From the human T2T-CHM13v2.0 reference genome, Homo sapiens, in assembly GCF_009914755.1 (NCBI RefSeq), contig NC_060927.1: 64,000 nucleotides of DNA; one strand, 5' to 3'. The position numbers and the translations under genes were made by a program. Of this stretch, positions 30,350 to 44,363 are shown one piece after another (position 1 is the stretch's first letter; the number at the start of each line of letters is the position of its first letter). Below the pieces are notes generated by a model. It saw only the letters and a list, made by a program, of their open reading frames with translations. It had not been told where the DNA came from and searched no databases.

Positions 30350-32179
30350 TGTGATACTATGAAATACATAGTTGACCCTTGAACAACAAAGGTCTGAACT
30401 ACATGGATCCACTTATATGCATATTTTTTCCAATATATTGGAAAATATTTTGGAGATTTGAAACAATTTGGGAAAAAATGGCAAATTGCATAACCTAGGA
30501 ATACCAAAAAATTAAGATTCGTGAATGAATGCATAAAACATATGCAGACACTAAGTTTATTTTATCATTTAACACCATAAAGTATGTACAAATCTGAAGT
30601 TAAATCTATCAAAATTTATACAAACACTTACATGGTGCCATTTGCAGTCAAGAGAAATGTAAACAAAGATGCAGTATTAAATCATAACTGCATAAACTGC
30701 ATAAAATTAACTGTAGTATATACTGTGCTACTGTACAATTTTCACAGCCACCTCCAGTTGCTAGCAGTGAGTGAAGTATTGCAAGTATCCACTTAAAGTG
30801 CATGTGACACTAATCACCTGAGTGACCAGTTCCTCTCTCCAGTAAACTGCATATCTCAGTAAAAAGCGATCTCTTGAGACTTCTCTATTATTTTTCACTG
30901 TGTTTAGTACAATACTGTAAACCTCGAATAATACCATGAGATGCGTAAGAAGTGAGACTAGTGACACTGAAGTGCTCCCAAGAAGCAGAGAAAATGTCAT
31001 GACATTACAAGAAAAAGTTGATTGCTTGATATGTACCATAGGTTAAGGTCTGCTGCTGCAGTTGCCTGCCATTTCATACAGATGATTTGTCTTGTAAACA
31101 TATGTAAATACAGTACTGTAAATGTATTTTCTCTTCCTTATGATTTTAGTAACATTTTAAAATTAAAATAACATTTTCCTTATGATTTTCTTAACATTTT
31201 ATTTTCTCTAGCTTACTGTATTGTAAGAATAGAGTATATAATACATATAATATATAAAATATGTGTTAACAGTTTATGTTATTGATAAGGCTCTGGTCAG
31301 CAATAGACTGTTAGTTAAGCTTTGGGGGAGTCAGAAGTTATACACGGATCTTTGATTGTGTGTGAGGGTCCAGCACCCCTAATCCCCACTTTGATCAAGA
31401 GTTAACTGTATTTGGTTGTCTTCTCCTTTTCCTGGCATACAACTACTAAAATCCTTGGAATCTCCAAAGTGATGTGTCTTTTTGTATGCTAATAAGACGG
31501 CTGATGGTTGGCAGCTTCAGGGTGAGGCTGGTCATCAGAAAGACCAAGGCATAATTAGAGAATTGGCATTTCAGCCCCACCCCCCAACCTCTGGGAGGGT
31601 AAAGGAAGGAGAGTGAAGGTTAAATGATCACCAATGGCAAGCAATTTAATCAATCACACCCACATAATGAAGTTTCCATAAAAACCCAAAAGGACAGGGT
31701 TAGGGAGCTTCTGGATAGCTGAACATGTGGAGTTTCCTGGAGGGTGGGGGCTTAATGGAAGCACTGCATCCCTTCCCATATGCCTTGCCTATGCATCTTT
31801 TCATCTGCATCCTTTATAATAGGCCAGTATACACGTTTTCTTGAATTCTGTAAGCCACTCTAGCAAATTAACTGAATCCAAGGAGGGGGCTGTGGAAACC
31901 CCAATTTACAGCCAGTTGGTCAGAAGCACAAGCAAAATAACCTGGGGCTTTCAATGGGCATTGGAAATGGGATGCAGTCTTGTGGGACCCAGTCCTCAAC
32001 TAGTGTAATCTAATACTATCTCCAGGTAGACAGAGTCAGAATTGAATTGAATTAAAGGATACCCAGCTGGTGTCTGCTGCAGAATTGCTTGCTGGTGGGA
32101 AGAAATCTCCACAGACCTGGCATCAGAATTGTGTTGTTGAGAGGATAGTGGGAGAAACTGAGTATGTTTTATCCACTCA
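30350..32179. mobile_element. MER21-family LTR, interrupted by Tigger2
   Basis: TGTGATAC start; TTCCTGGCATACAACTACTAAAATCCTTGGAATC and GTCAGAATTGAATTGAATT motifs. Confidence 0.85.
30369..31408. mobile_element. Tigger2-family (Tigger2b-like) DNA transposon
   Basis: TIRs AGTTGACCCTTGAACAAC ... TTGATCAAGAGTTAACTG followed by TA. Confidence 0.88.
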
Positions 32180-32320
32180 ATTTCCTTTACACTCAAATGG
32201 CCTTCAAAGGCACATCTGATTTGGCCTTCTTTATGGTAGATTAATAGCCACATTCATCCAATCTCGTATACCCTTCCCTTTATAATTTGGATTTCCCACT
32301 CCTGTCAAGAGGTGGCTTCT

Positions 32321-32626
32321 GGCCAGGCACGGTGTCTCATGCCTGTAATCTCAACATTTTGGGAGGCCAAAAGGCAGGAGGATCACTTGAGCCCAGGAGT
32401 TTGAGACCAAGCCTCAGCAACATGGTGAGACCCTACCTCTACAAAAAAGAAATAAATTAGCAAAGCGTGGTGGCACATTTTTGTGGTCCCAGCTACTCAG
32501 GAGGCTGAGCCAGGAGGATGGCTTGAGCCCAGGAGATCCAGGCTGCAGTGACCTGTGTTTGTGCCAGTGCACTCTAGCCTGGGCAACAGAGTAAGACCCT
32601 GTCTCAAAAAAAAAAAAAAAAAAAAA
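32321..32626 (+). mobile_element. Alu (AluJ-like)
   Basis: Full dimer; AAGAG(G/A)TGG flanks. Confidence 0.95.
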
Positions 32627-33120
32627 GAGATGGAATGTATTTCTCCATCCAGTGAAACTGGGTTTGGTCATGGTCTTGCTTTGGCCAAGTGAAGTGTCAG
32701 CAAATGTGACATGAACAGTGAAATGTTAGCAAATGTGACACAAGCAGAGGCTTAAAAAGTATTTGTGCATTGGAGTCTGTCCTTTCTTGTTGCACTGAGA
32801 TCTCCAGCACACTTTACATCTCAGTTATTGACAACCTCATCCTTATAATAGCTATTCAGGCTAAAATCCTTGTAGGTTGTCTACGTGGATGAGTGTTAAA
32901 AAGAAAAAATAAAATAAAACCTTGAGAGGTCCAGCCAACAGCCAGTACCTACTACCAGACACATGAGGAAGGGAGGCCATCTTAGACCATCTAGGTCCAC
33001 CTGAGCCCCCCAACAACTATAATGACACGAGGCAAGACCAGCCTAAGAACCACCTAGTGGAGCCCAGCCCAAATGGCTGACTCAAAATTGTGAGCAAATA
33101 AAACAGTTATATTAAGCTAA

Positions 33121-33415
<295 letters not shown>

Positions 33416-33769
33416 TAAGCCACTAAGTTTTAAGGTGGGGTGTTACACAGCAATAGATAACTGATACACTGTATTAAATCTCTCACACTCCCAATTCCTG
33501 CCACTCTTCCCTCTCTTAATTATTGCTCTAATCATACCAACTAACCTCTTTTTAATTCCTTGTAAACACTGTGAAAACTCCTGCAGTTATTCTGGCTGTA
33601 CCCCTGCCTGGAATGCTCATTCCTCAGCTGAACGGCTAACCTGCTCTCCTCTTTCAAGCCTTCCTTCAAATGTCTTGTTTTAAATGAAGCTTATGCTTAC
33701 TGTTCTATTAAAAATGGCAGTCTACCCTCAATGTCCAGCACTTCCAATTCCTCTTACCCTGCTTTATTG

Positions 33770-33915
33770 TATTTATTTATTTTGAGAAAGGATCTTGCTC
33801 TGTCACCCAGGCTGGAGCGCAGTGGTAATTTAGCTCACTGCAACCTCCACTGCCCTACCCTGCCCCGGGATTCAAGTGATCCTCCCATTTCAGCCTTCCA
33901 AGTAGCTGGGACCAC
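33770..33915 (-). mobile_element. Alu right-arm fragment
   Basis: TCTTGCTCTGTCACCCAGGCTGGAG. Confidence 0.85.
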
Positions 33916-34002
33916 AGAGTCAGCTACATTTTTTCTTCTCAAATCCTGCCTTCAAAATGTTCATTCTGTAATTTGGAATGAACTCTTCACAAAGCATGTG
34001 CA

Positions 34003-34391
<389 letters not shown>

Positions 34392-34548
34392 CTAGATTGT
34401 TATATTAAAAGTTTTAGATACTAGGGGCAAGTACCTCATTTGTGAACATTTTAATCATTGTTTCAATGAGAATATTTTAGTTTACCAATCAATAAATAGT
34501 TCAGGTAAGAGAGAGACAAAGGTAGGGAAGCAAGGAAATAGTTTAATC

Positions 34549-34907
34549 CAGGGATCCCCAACCCCTGGGCCGCAGACCAGTACAGGTCAGTGGCCTGTTA
34601 GGAACCAGGCCACACAGTAGGAGGTGAGCAGCAAGCGAGTATTACCACCTGAGCTCCACCTCCTGTCAGATCAGTGGTGGCATCAGCTTCTCATAGGAGC
34701 ACAAACCCTATTATGAACTGCGCTTGCGAGGGATCTAGGTTGCATGCTCCTTATGATAATCTAACTAATGCCTGATGACCTGAGGTGAACAGTTTCATCC
34801 CCAAACCATCCCACTCCAACCTTGCCCACAGACACCCCGACCCCATCTGTGGAAAAATTGTCTTCCACAAAACCGGTCCCTGGTGCCAAAAAGGTTGGGG
34901 ACTGCTG
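34549..34907. mobile_element. MER1B hAT-Charlie DNA transposon
   Basis: TIRs CAGGGATCCCCAACC / GGTTGGGGACTGCTG; perfect 8-bp TSD GTTTAATC (34541-34548, 34908-34915). Confidence 0.95.
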
Positions 34908-36392
34908 GTTTAATCTACACTCACTCACTCAGGTACTAACTATATTGTTTTGATCATACTGTCTCTACTCTTATAAGTTAATGCAATCAGCAAATAAAAT
35001 CAATTAAAAATATTTAAATTATGTTTTATGCCCTCCCCCACCTGACTATCAATAATGGAAAAAAAGGAGTTAACTTCTCTTTTACTGTTAGTCTCCACCC
35101 ACTATTCCTTTAGGGCTCTCCTATGAATCCTTTCCTTCTGATCACCCCACTCACCCTGGGCTAGCATTCTTAATAAAATAGATAAGTAAACTGACCTTTT
35201 ATAACCTCAGAACAAACAGAGATGTGTCAGGGGTTTTGAATCCAAGATATATAGCAAACAACAGAAAAAGAGGGTACAGACCAGAGGCACAAATCTGCTT
35301 AAAAAGTTGGCATTTAAATTATCAACCATAAGGCATAAGAGGGTAATTCAATATCAAACTTCACAGTGAAAAATCTGTTTGGATCTTAAATCCAACTGCT
35401 CAATAGCAAACAATATGAATGTACATTAACTTCAGAATCAGGCAAAACTATAAAGAATCTCCTTTGCTTTAGTATTTATCTCTTAGAAAATATGTATCAT
35501 TTATAAGATCAACTAAAAAATGGCAAGGTCAACTAAAAAAAATGGTAAAATCAAACTATAGGCTAAGTTTGTACTCAGGACTATGGATGAAATGTGAAAA
35601 TGGTGGTTGTGTTGAATAAAGCTGGATCATCCTCCAATCCAGTTTTATCTCAGAGATTTGTTCTGCTGATCTGGAGATACAAGTTTCACACTGAGATATG
35701 TGTATATTGCTTTACAATTCAGAAAATTTCCAAGTCCTTGGGAAAAATACTTTGAAAATAAGTAGCTGAGCACTAAGAAATCTTTTTCTTTTTTTTTTTT
35801 TTTTTTTGGCCACCTAGATCCATCAAGAATTTTTTTTTTTTAATTTAATAAGTATTCCAGGTGGCTCTAAATCAAATTCCTATTTGTTATGCATGCCTGG
35901 CATCTTCGAATTTAACCCATGTTTTTCCCAAGCAGTCCAAGGCAAATGAAACTCTTGTTCATTGAAAGAAACACTGATTTTCCAGTAACTATTTCGCTTG
36001 AGAAAGTGAGGATGACACTTACTCTGCAATGAAGCAGCCCATTACACACAAGAGACGGGACACTCCAGGATGATCTGAGCATGTCCATACAGCTACAGAG
36101 CACCCTCTACATTCTGTCCAAATAGCTTTGGGTAAAATGAACAACTAGGAAACACATATTATGCTTCTCCATTATTACAACCTTACACAAGTCAGTCCTA
36201 AAATAGCAAATGCCCCTGGCTGAGATCTACTGCTGAAAAACGCTAAGTTTCAGCAGCTCAGGCTATTTCCTTTGTCTGTCTATTCAACCAGCCCCCACTT
36301 AAAGCTGCAGGACTAACTAACTATAGGATTCAGGATGAGATTTTTTTTTTTTTTTTTTTTAAAAGACAGATACACACACATATACAACATAC

Positions 36393-36499
36393 GGTTTCCG
36401 AGGAGAGTGAGGGCTCCATGCTTGTGAGAGAGGAGGAGGAGGAATATGCCGAATAACCCTCAGGTTTCTCCCAGATTTGAACATGTTGTACTGTGGCAT
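36393..36499 (-). CDS. Candidate alternative first coding exon (MPQYNMFKSGRNLRVIRHIPPPPLSQAWSPHSPRK, phase 2; or MEPSLSSET, phase 0)
   Basis: Repeat-free; both frames are open up to the donor ACC|GTATGT at 36393/36392; ATG at 36419 has a strong Kozak context (AGCATGG); unverified. Confidence 0.25.
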
Positions 36500-37531
36500 G
36501 AGGTCAGCAGAGACTTACTCCAGCCCTGTGAGGCTGAATTCTACCCTGACAAAGCAGTATCACTGTAATATGAAGCAAGAGGATTCAGGGCATGTTGGCA
36601 GCTGTACAGAATGCCTGTTCTAGAAAGTAATGGCAATTCCAAAACAAGAGATCTATGGTGTCACATGAGATAATCTTCAGCCCAGTTAAGCAATAAGCAC
36701 CCAAAATACTTTGAATCCCAAACACAGGCAGCTCAAAAGTTTAATGGTAGAAAAGAACTTTTCTCCTTGACCCTATTTTGTGTCTGGAGGAAATAATCAG
36801 GAAGAAGAAAACTGGAAGAATCATTAGTTAATTTGATCTGTATCATAAACAACATACTGATTCTGATCTGATCTGTTCCTGGGCACTACGACCTAGCTGA
36901 AGAACCCCAAACCACCTCTGTGACTTTACTATGGAACAGGGAGAATATTCTGGAAATACATTTTTGGTAATGGATATATGCCAGAACTGAAGGTGTGAAT
37001 AACCTCATTTTTCATATGTGCCCAAAAGGCAAACCTAATATACATCATCATTTCTTTTTAGTTCAAGAATGTGTGCCTTTAGAAATTCTTCCTCCAAAGA
37101 AGAGGGGCACTAAAAAAGGAGCCAGAACATGAATTTTCTACCAAGAGAAAACAGGGCAATGCAGACATTCCTTTACATTTTATGGTGTCCCTTATACTAT
37201 GAAAGTTCTATTCTAGACCAAAAGTGACCCAATAGTTTTATAACAAGTAAAATTTAGCCAGGAAACACAAGACAATGGAGATAAAAGAAAACTGTACTAC
37301 AGCACTAATGGGAAGGTAAATCTATAAGAAGTTCTTCAATAGTTCAGTGGGATAAGGAGGGATAAGGAATAAAGAAATAAAAACTTTTCAAGATACACTA
37401 GCTTTGTTTTTATACATATAGCTTACTAATATTGGATTTTAAAAGGAGATACATATAACTTATTTACAGATTTCCAAATTTCTGATAAAGTTTTTGAGGA
37501 TCTACATTTGTACCCAAAAACCTAAAGATAA

Positions 37532-37837
<306 letters not shown>

Positions 37838-38672
37838 TAATCGTACAATTTCTAATATAATTTTTTCATTCTTTAAGAATTTTACTTCAATAAAAACGAA
37901 ACATAGCATCTTATTTTTTTAAGTAAATAGAAAAAAGAAATAGAAAAAAGTCATTATAGAAATAGAAAAAAGAAAATAGAAAAAAATCATTACTGGATTG
38001 TTTCAAAGCAGGTAATTTTGAAAGACTGGATAGGCAAGTTTCCTGTATTAATAAACTTTTCTTTAGGTCATTTTATAAGAACCTCTGAAAGAGTAATCTA
38101 CTTTGAACATTGATTTTTTTTTTTGTTATACTTACACTATCAAAGGAAATTTTGATTCCCTAGTTTTAAGATGCACAAGAAACAGTGCCCAGAATGGTGG
38201 TTATTACCAATTGAAAAGAAACAACCGTACTAAATTTTTTAGTTCTGAGCTTCTTTCTTAGCAATATCTTAACACAAGGCCAAGAGAAAAGTCTGGGAAA
38301 GCAGTAAACAGTCCTTTGGAGTATGGGTTTTAGTCTACTGCCAAAGGTAGGAGATACAACTAATGTTTTGATTTCTACATTTGTACCCAAAAACCTAAAG
38401 ATAATCATTCTATGAACCAGGATAGGAATAGAAGGGAACATCTGATAAATTATGTAAATCTGTATAGGTACAGACAGGTACCTGTATCTACCTGTATGTA
38501 CAGGTACAGACTTTGGGCCAAAAGGGAATAGGCATTAATATGGAACAAAAAGAGTCAGTCATACCTTATCTGTAGAGGAGAAGTAGGACTAACAACAGAG
38601 TGAAACTTTTGCAGCTCTAAATTACTATCCTCAATGTCGGAGACAAAATTTTCTAACTAGAAGGGCTTCGTA

Positions 38673-38775
38673 TTTATTCAATAATTCTTACTATGTGCCA
38701 GGCACACTATATGGGACATTTAGGGATACAAAAATGAATAAGATGAACAGGTTCTTGCCCTCTACTGACTTTTGA
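38673..38775 (-). mobile_element. L2 3'-end fragment
   Basis: TACTATGTGCCAGGCAC...GGGATACAAAAATGAATAAGA. Confidence 0.75.
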
Positions 38776-39021
38776 GATCATCTGTGTTCTCTAGGCTACT
38801 ATTTCTCAACATTAAAACAAAACAAATAAAAACTTTACATCCTCTACAATACGGTCTCGCTCTACAGTCTAGCTATGCATTCCTGCCACTCTGGATTATT
38901 TTATTGTGCTTTACTATCTGTAGTTTATAGTTTTAAAACAAGAATTATACGGACTCTACTTTTTAAAAAGTATACCTCTCCATTAGAGATTCTAATATCT
39001 CAAGTCTCCTAGGGATGTGAA

Positions 39022-39292
39022 GGCCGGGCATGATGGCTCACACCTGTAATCCCAGCACTTTAGGAAGGCGAGGTGGGAGGATCACCTGAGGTCAAGAGTT
39101 CGAGACCAGCCTGGCCAACATGGTAAAACCCTGTCTCTATTAAAAATACAAAAATTAGCTGGGTGAGGTGGCGCACACCTGTAATCTCGGCTACTTGGGA
39201 GGCTGAGGCAGAACTGCTTGAACCCAGAGGTTGCAGTGAGCTGAGATGGTGCCACTGCACTTCAGCCTGGGTAACAGAGCAAGACTCTGTCT

Positions 39293-39338
<46 letters not shown>
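39022..39338 (+). mobile_element. Alu (AluSx-like) with 45-nt pure poly-A
   Basis: Dimer; A-run 39294-39338. Confidence 0.95.
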
Positions 39339-39342
<4 letters not shown>

Positions 39343-40157
39343 CACTGTTCAAACCAAACATCTTATTCTGTAGTACAAAACCCTAGTCTTTGAAAGGAGA
39401 ATTGAATGATGTAGTTGTGGCCCTATCAGATCTAGAATCCACATGTACTGATTCTCCATTTCTGTTCTTTCTACTAAACCATGGTGTACCCTCCTACAAT
39501 CTTGTTCCTACTTCATGCACTGTCATACCAATCTGTTTTTTTATGTCACCATTGTATGAAAACAATGGAACAAACAAATGAACAAAAAACAAAAACTCTT
39601 CAATTTCTGCAATGTACTCACTTTGCAGAGATGTTCATGGTTTGGTATTCCTGCCTTATAGCTTCACTATATAAATCCTCTGTGGAGGCTTTTTTTGGAC
39701 AAATTATTTCTTTGGAATGCTGTTTGACTGCATGATCAATGAAGGTTCCTTTCTAGCCCCAGAATTAATTCTGAGATTGTCTATAGTGCTATGTGAGGTT
39801 TTTTGGAACCTTACTGAGGATCAATAAATGGTAGAAAAATTCTGGGGAAAACTGATTAGGTACACAAAGAATGAAGTTGGTGGGCTTCATTTTTATAAAT
39901 ATGAATTTTAAATCTTTATAAAGATGTAAGTCTATAATCATCAAAGCTTACAGAAAAATAATACATTTTCAACATGTTTAAAATAATCACATTTTACATC
40001 TTTATAAATAACAGGCAATCTTCAATTATTCCTTCTTAGATAATGGAGTCTCTTAATGTTTCTTGCTAAAGTAATATAGGTAGTCCTGAAGGTCTGAAGG
40101 AAAGCTGAGAAAGCTGTTACAACAAAAATAAAACAAAAGCCCTCACTATCTGCAACT

Positions 40158-41022
<865 letters not shown>

Positions 41023-41982
41023 AAGCTACAAAGTTTTTAAAAAATTTCTTAACACCACAGAATTTACTTTTTACGTATGTGTACAGTTCTATGAATTTTA
41101 AAACATGCATAGACTCATGAAACCACCAGCAGTATAATCAGGATACAGAGAAGTTCCAAAAGACTTCCTTATATAGTCACACCTAACCCCACCACTAACC
41201 CTTAACTTATTCTTTTTCACTATAGTCCTATCTTTCTGAGAGTGTCACATAAACAGAATCATACAGTATATAACTTTCTGAGACTGATTTATCAACACAA
41301 TGTCTTTGAGATGCATAAAGGATGATGCATGTATCATAGTTCATTCCTTTTTATTGCTGAGTAGTAGTTCATTGTATGTATATACCACAGTTTATCCATT
41401 CACCTGTTGAAGGACATTTGGATGGTTTCCATTTTTTAGCAATTGTGAGTAGAGATGCCATAAACATCAGTGTAGAGGATTTCATAGAAATGTAAGTTTT
41501 CATGTTTCTAGGTTAAATACCTAGGCATGGATTTACTGGGTCACATGTTCAGAGTATGTTTAACTTAAAAAAAAAAATCACCAAATTTTTCCAGAGTAGT
41601 TTTGCCATTTTCCTTTCCTACCAGCAGTGTATGAGAGTTCCAATTGTTCTCTGCATCCTTGTCAGCATTTGCAACTGTCAGTTTTTTATTTTAGTCATTT
41701 TAAGAGTGGTACCTCATCAAGATTTTAAATGCATTTTCTTAATGGATACTAAGGCTAAATATCTTTTTATGTATTTAGTTGTCATTGTATATGACAACTT
41801 TTGTTGTCTGTTTTAAAGAATCTGTTTAAGACATTAAAGAATCTTTTGTAAAGAATCTGTTTAAGACATTTGACCATGTATTATATAGGGTTTAAAAATA
41901 AAACTATTGAGCTTTGACAATTTTTTATATACAGCTGTTCCTTGACTTTTGTCTCAATAAATGAACTGTGAGATGAAAATAT

Positions 41983-42113
41983 TGGCCAGGCACAGTAGCT
42001 CACATGTATAATCCCAGCACTTTGGGAGGCCAAGATGGGAGGTCACTTGAGGCCAGGAGGTTGAGACCAGTCTAGTCAACACAGCAAGAATCCCATCGTA
42101 AAAAAATAATAAA
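41983..42113 (+). mobile_element. Alu monomer (FLAM-like)
   Basis: TSD ATGAAAATATT. Confidence 0.9.
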
Positions 42114-42267
42114 ATGAAAATATTGCAAGTTGAAAGTGTATTTAATATACCTAACTTACTGAACATCATGGCTTAGCCTAACCTACCTTAAATTGCTCAG
42201 AACGCTTACATTAGCCCACAGTTGGCAAAATCACCTAACGCAAAGCCTATTTCATAAAAAGGAATGA

Positions 42268-42450
42268 GGCCAGGCACAGTGGCTCATGCCTGTAATCCCA
42301 GCACTTTAGGAGGCTGAGATGGGAGGAATATTGAGCGGAGATGGGAGGAATAATTGAGCCCAGGAGTTCAAGACCAGCCTGGCCAACGAGTGAGACCTTG
42401 TCTCTGCTTTTAAAAAAATTTTTAAATAAATAAAATAAAAAAATAGAAAA
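42268..42450 (+). mobile_element. Alu monomer with internal duplication
   Basis: GAGATGGGAGGAATA(A)TTGAGC occurs twice. Confidence 0.9.
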
Positions 42451-43735
42451 ATAATTTATTGACTATTGTACTGATAGTGAATAACAGAATAGTTGTACAG
42501 GTACTCGAAATATGGTTTCTGCTAGACATATATTGCTTTTGCACCATTGTAAAGTCAAAAAAATTGTTAAGTTGAACCATTTTAAGTCAGGAACCATCTG
42601 TATTCTGAATATAAGTCCTTTGTCAGATATGTGATTTACAAATTTTTCTCCCAATATGCAGCATGCCCTTTAATTCTCTCGATAGCATCTTTCACAGATT
42701 AAAAATTTCCTGTGTTGTTCTAAAAGTTTCATAGTTTATTTTATATATTAATTTATGATTTATTTTGTGTTAATTTTTATATAAGGTGTGAGAAGTTCAA
42801 GTTTTTGCCTACAGATTTCTACTTTTTCCAACACCTCTTTTTGAAAACACTATCCTTTCTCCATTGAATTGCCTTTGTATTTTTGTGAAATATGAACTGG
42901 CAATATTTACGTGGGTCTATTTCTGAACTTTCTATTCTATTCCATTAATCTACATGTGTACCCTTTTACTAATATGGCCTCATCTTGATTACTGTAGCTT
43001 TATGGTAAGTCTGAAAGCTGGGCAGAATAATTCACGTAACTTTATTTTTCTTTTCCAGTATGGTTGACTCTTCTAGTTCTTTTGCCTTTCGATATATATT
43101 TAAGAATAAGCTTGTCTATCTCTACAAAAAGGTCCTGCTGAGATTTCTGATTGGAATTGTGTTAAAAGGATAATAGGGAATGCCTACAAAGAACTGTGTG
43201 TACATAAATCAACAGTTTACATGAAGCGGACCAAATTCTCAAACAACAAACTACCAGAATCACCTAAGATGAAATAGATAAACTGAATGGTTATATAACA
43301 GTTTTTAAAATGAAATTTTGTAATTAAACATATTCTGAAAAAGAAATCTCCCTGTGGTTTCACTAAATTCTACCAAACATTCATTACAAATAAATCAATT
43401 CTATACAATCTGTTCCAGAAAGCAGAAGGAGGAACTCATTTTATGAAGCCAGCATTATCCAGGAATTAAACCCGGAGAAGATCTGTTAAAACAAAACAAG
43501 ACAGCAGACCAATAGCCCTCATACTAGCAAATCAAACCTAGCAATGTATATGAAGAATAATATACCATAACCAAGCAGGGTTTGTATCAGGAATGCAATG
43601 CTGGTTCAATATTTGAAAACCAAGCAAGGTAAGCAACATTAGCCCAGAGAAGCAAAACCACATGATATCAATTTATACAGGAAAAGCATTTGAGAAAAGT
43701 CAACAGCCACTCATTATTAAACTCTTAGCCAATTA

Positions 43736-44036
<301 letters not shown>

Positions 44037-44075
44037 GAACTCTTAGCAAATTAGGAATAGAGGGGAACTTCATCA

Positions 44076-44363
44076 TTTTTTTTTTTTTAAACAGGCGTGA
44101 GCCACCGTGCCTGGCCCAAAATTTTTTTACACAGCAGCTAATTTCATACTTACTGGCTCAAGCCATCCTCCCACCTCAGCCTCCCAAGGAGCTGAGACTA
44201 CAGGTGTCAGCCCCCAAGCCCGGCTAGTTTTTCGTATTTTTTTTGGTAGAGACAGGGTTTTGCCATGCTGCCCAGGCTGGTCTTGAACTCCTGAGCTTAA
44301 ACGATTCACCTGCCTCAGCCTCCCAAAGGTCTGGGATTACAGGTGTGAGCCACTGTGCCTGGC
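44076..44363 (-). mobile_element. Rearranged Alu pieces
   Basis: Poly-T joined to an Alu 5' end, followed by a 3'-truncated AluJ-like dimer. Confidence 0.85.

Larger units (their letters stand above)
41932..42600. mobile_element. MER47 (Tigger-type) DNA transposon, interrupted by two Alu monomers
   Basis: TA-CAGCTGTTCCTTGACTT...AAGTCAGGAACCATCTG-TA; CTTAGCCTAACCTACCTTAAA core. Confidence 0.85.
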
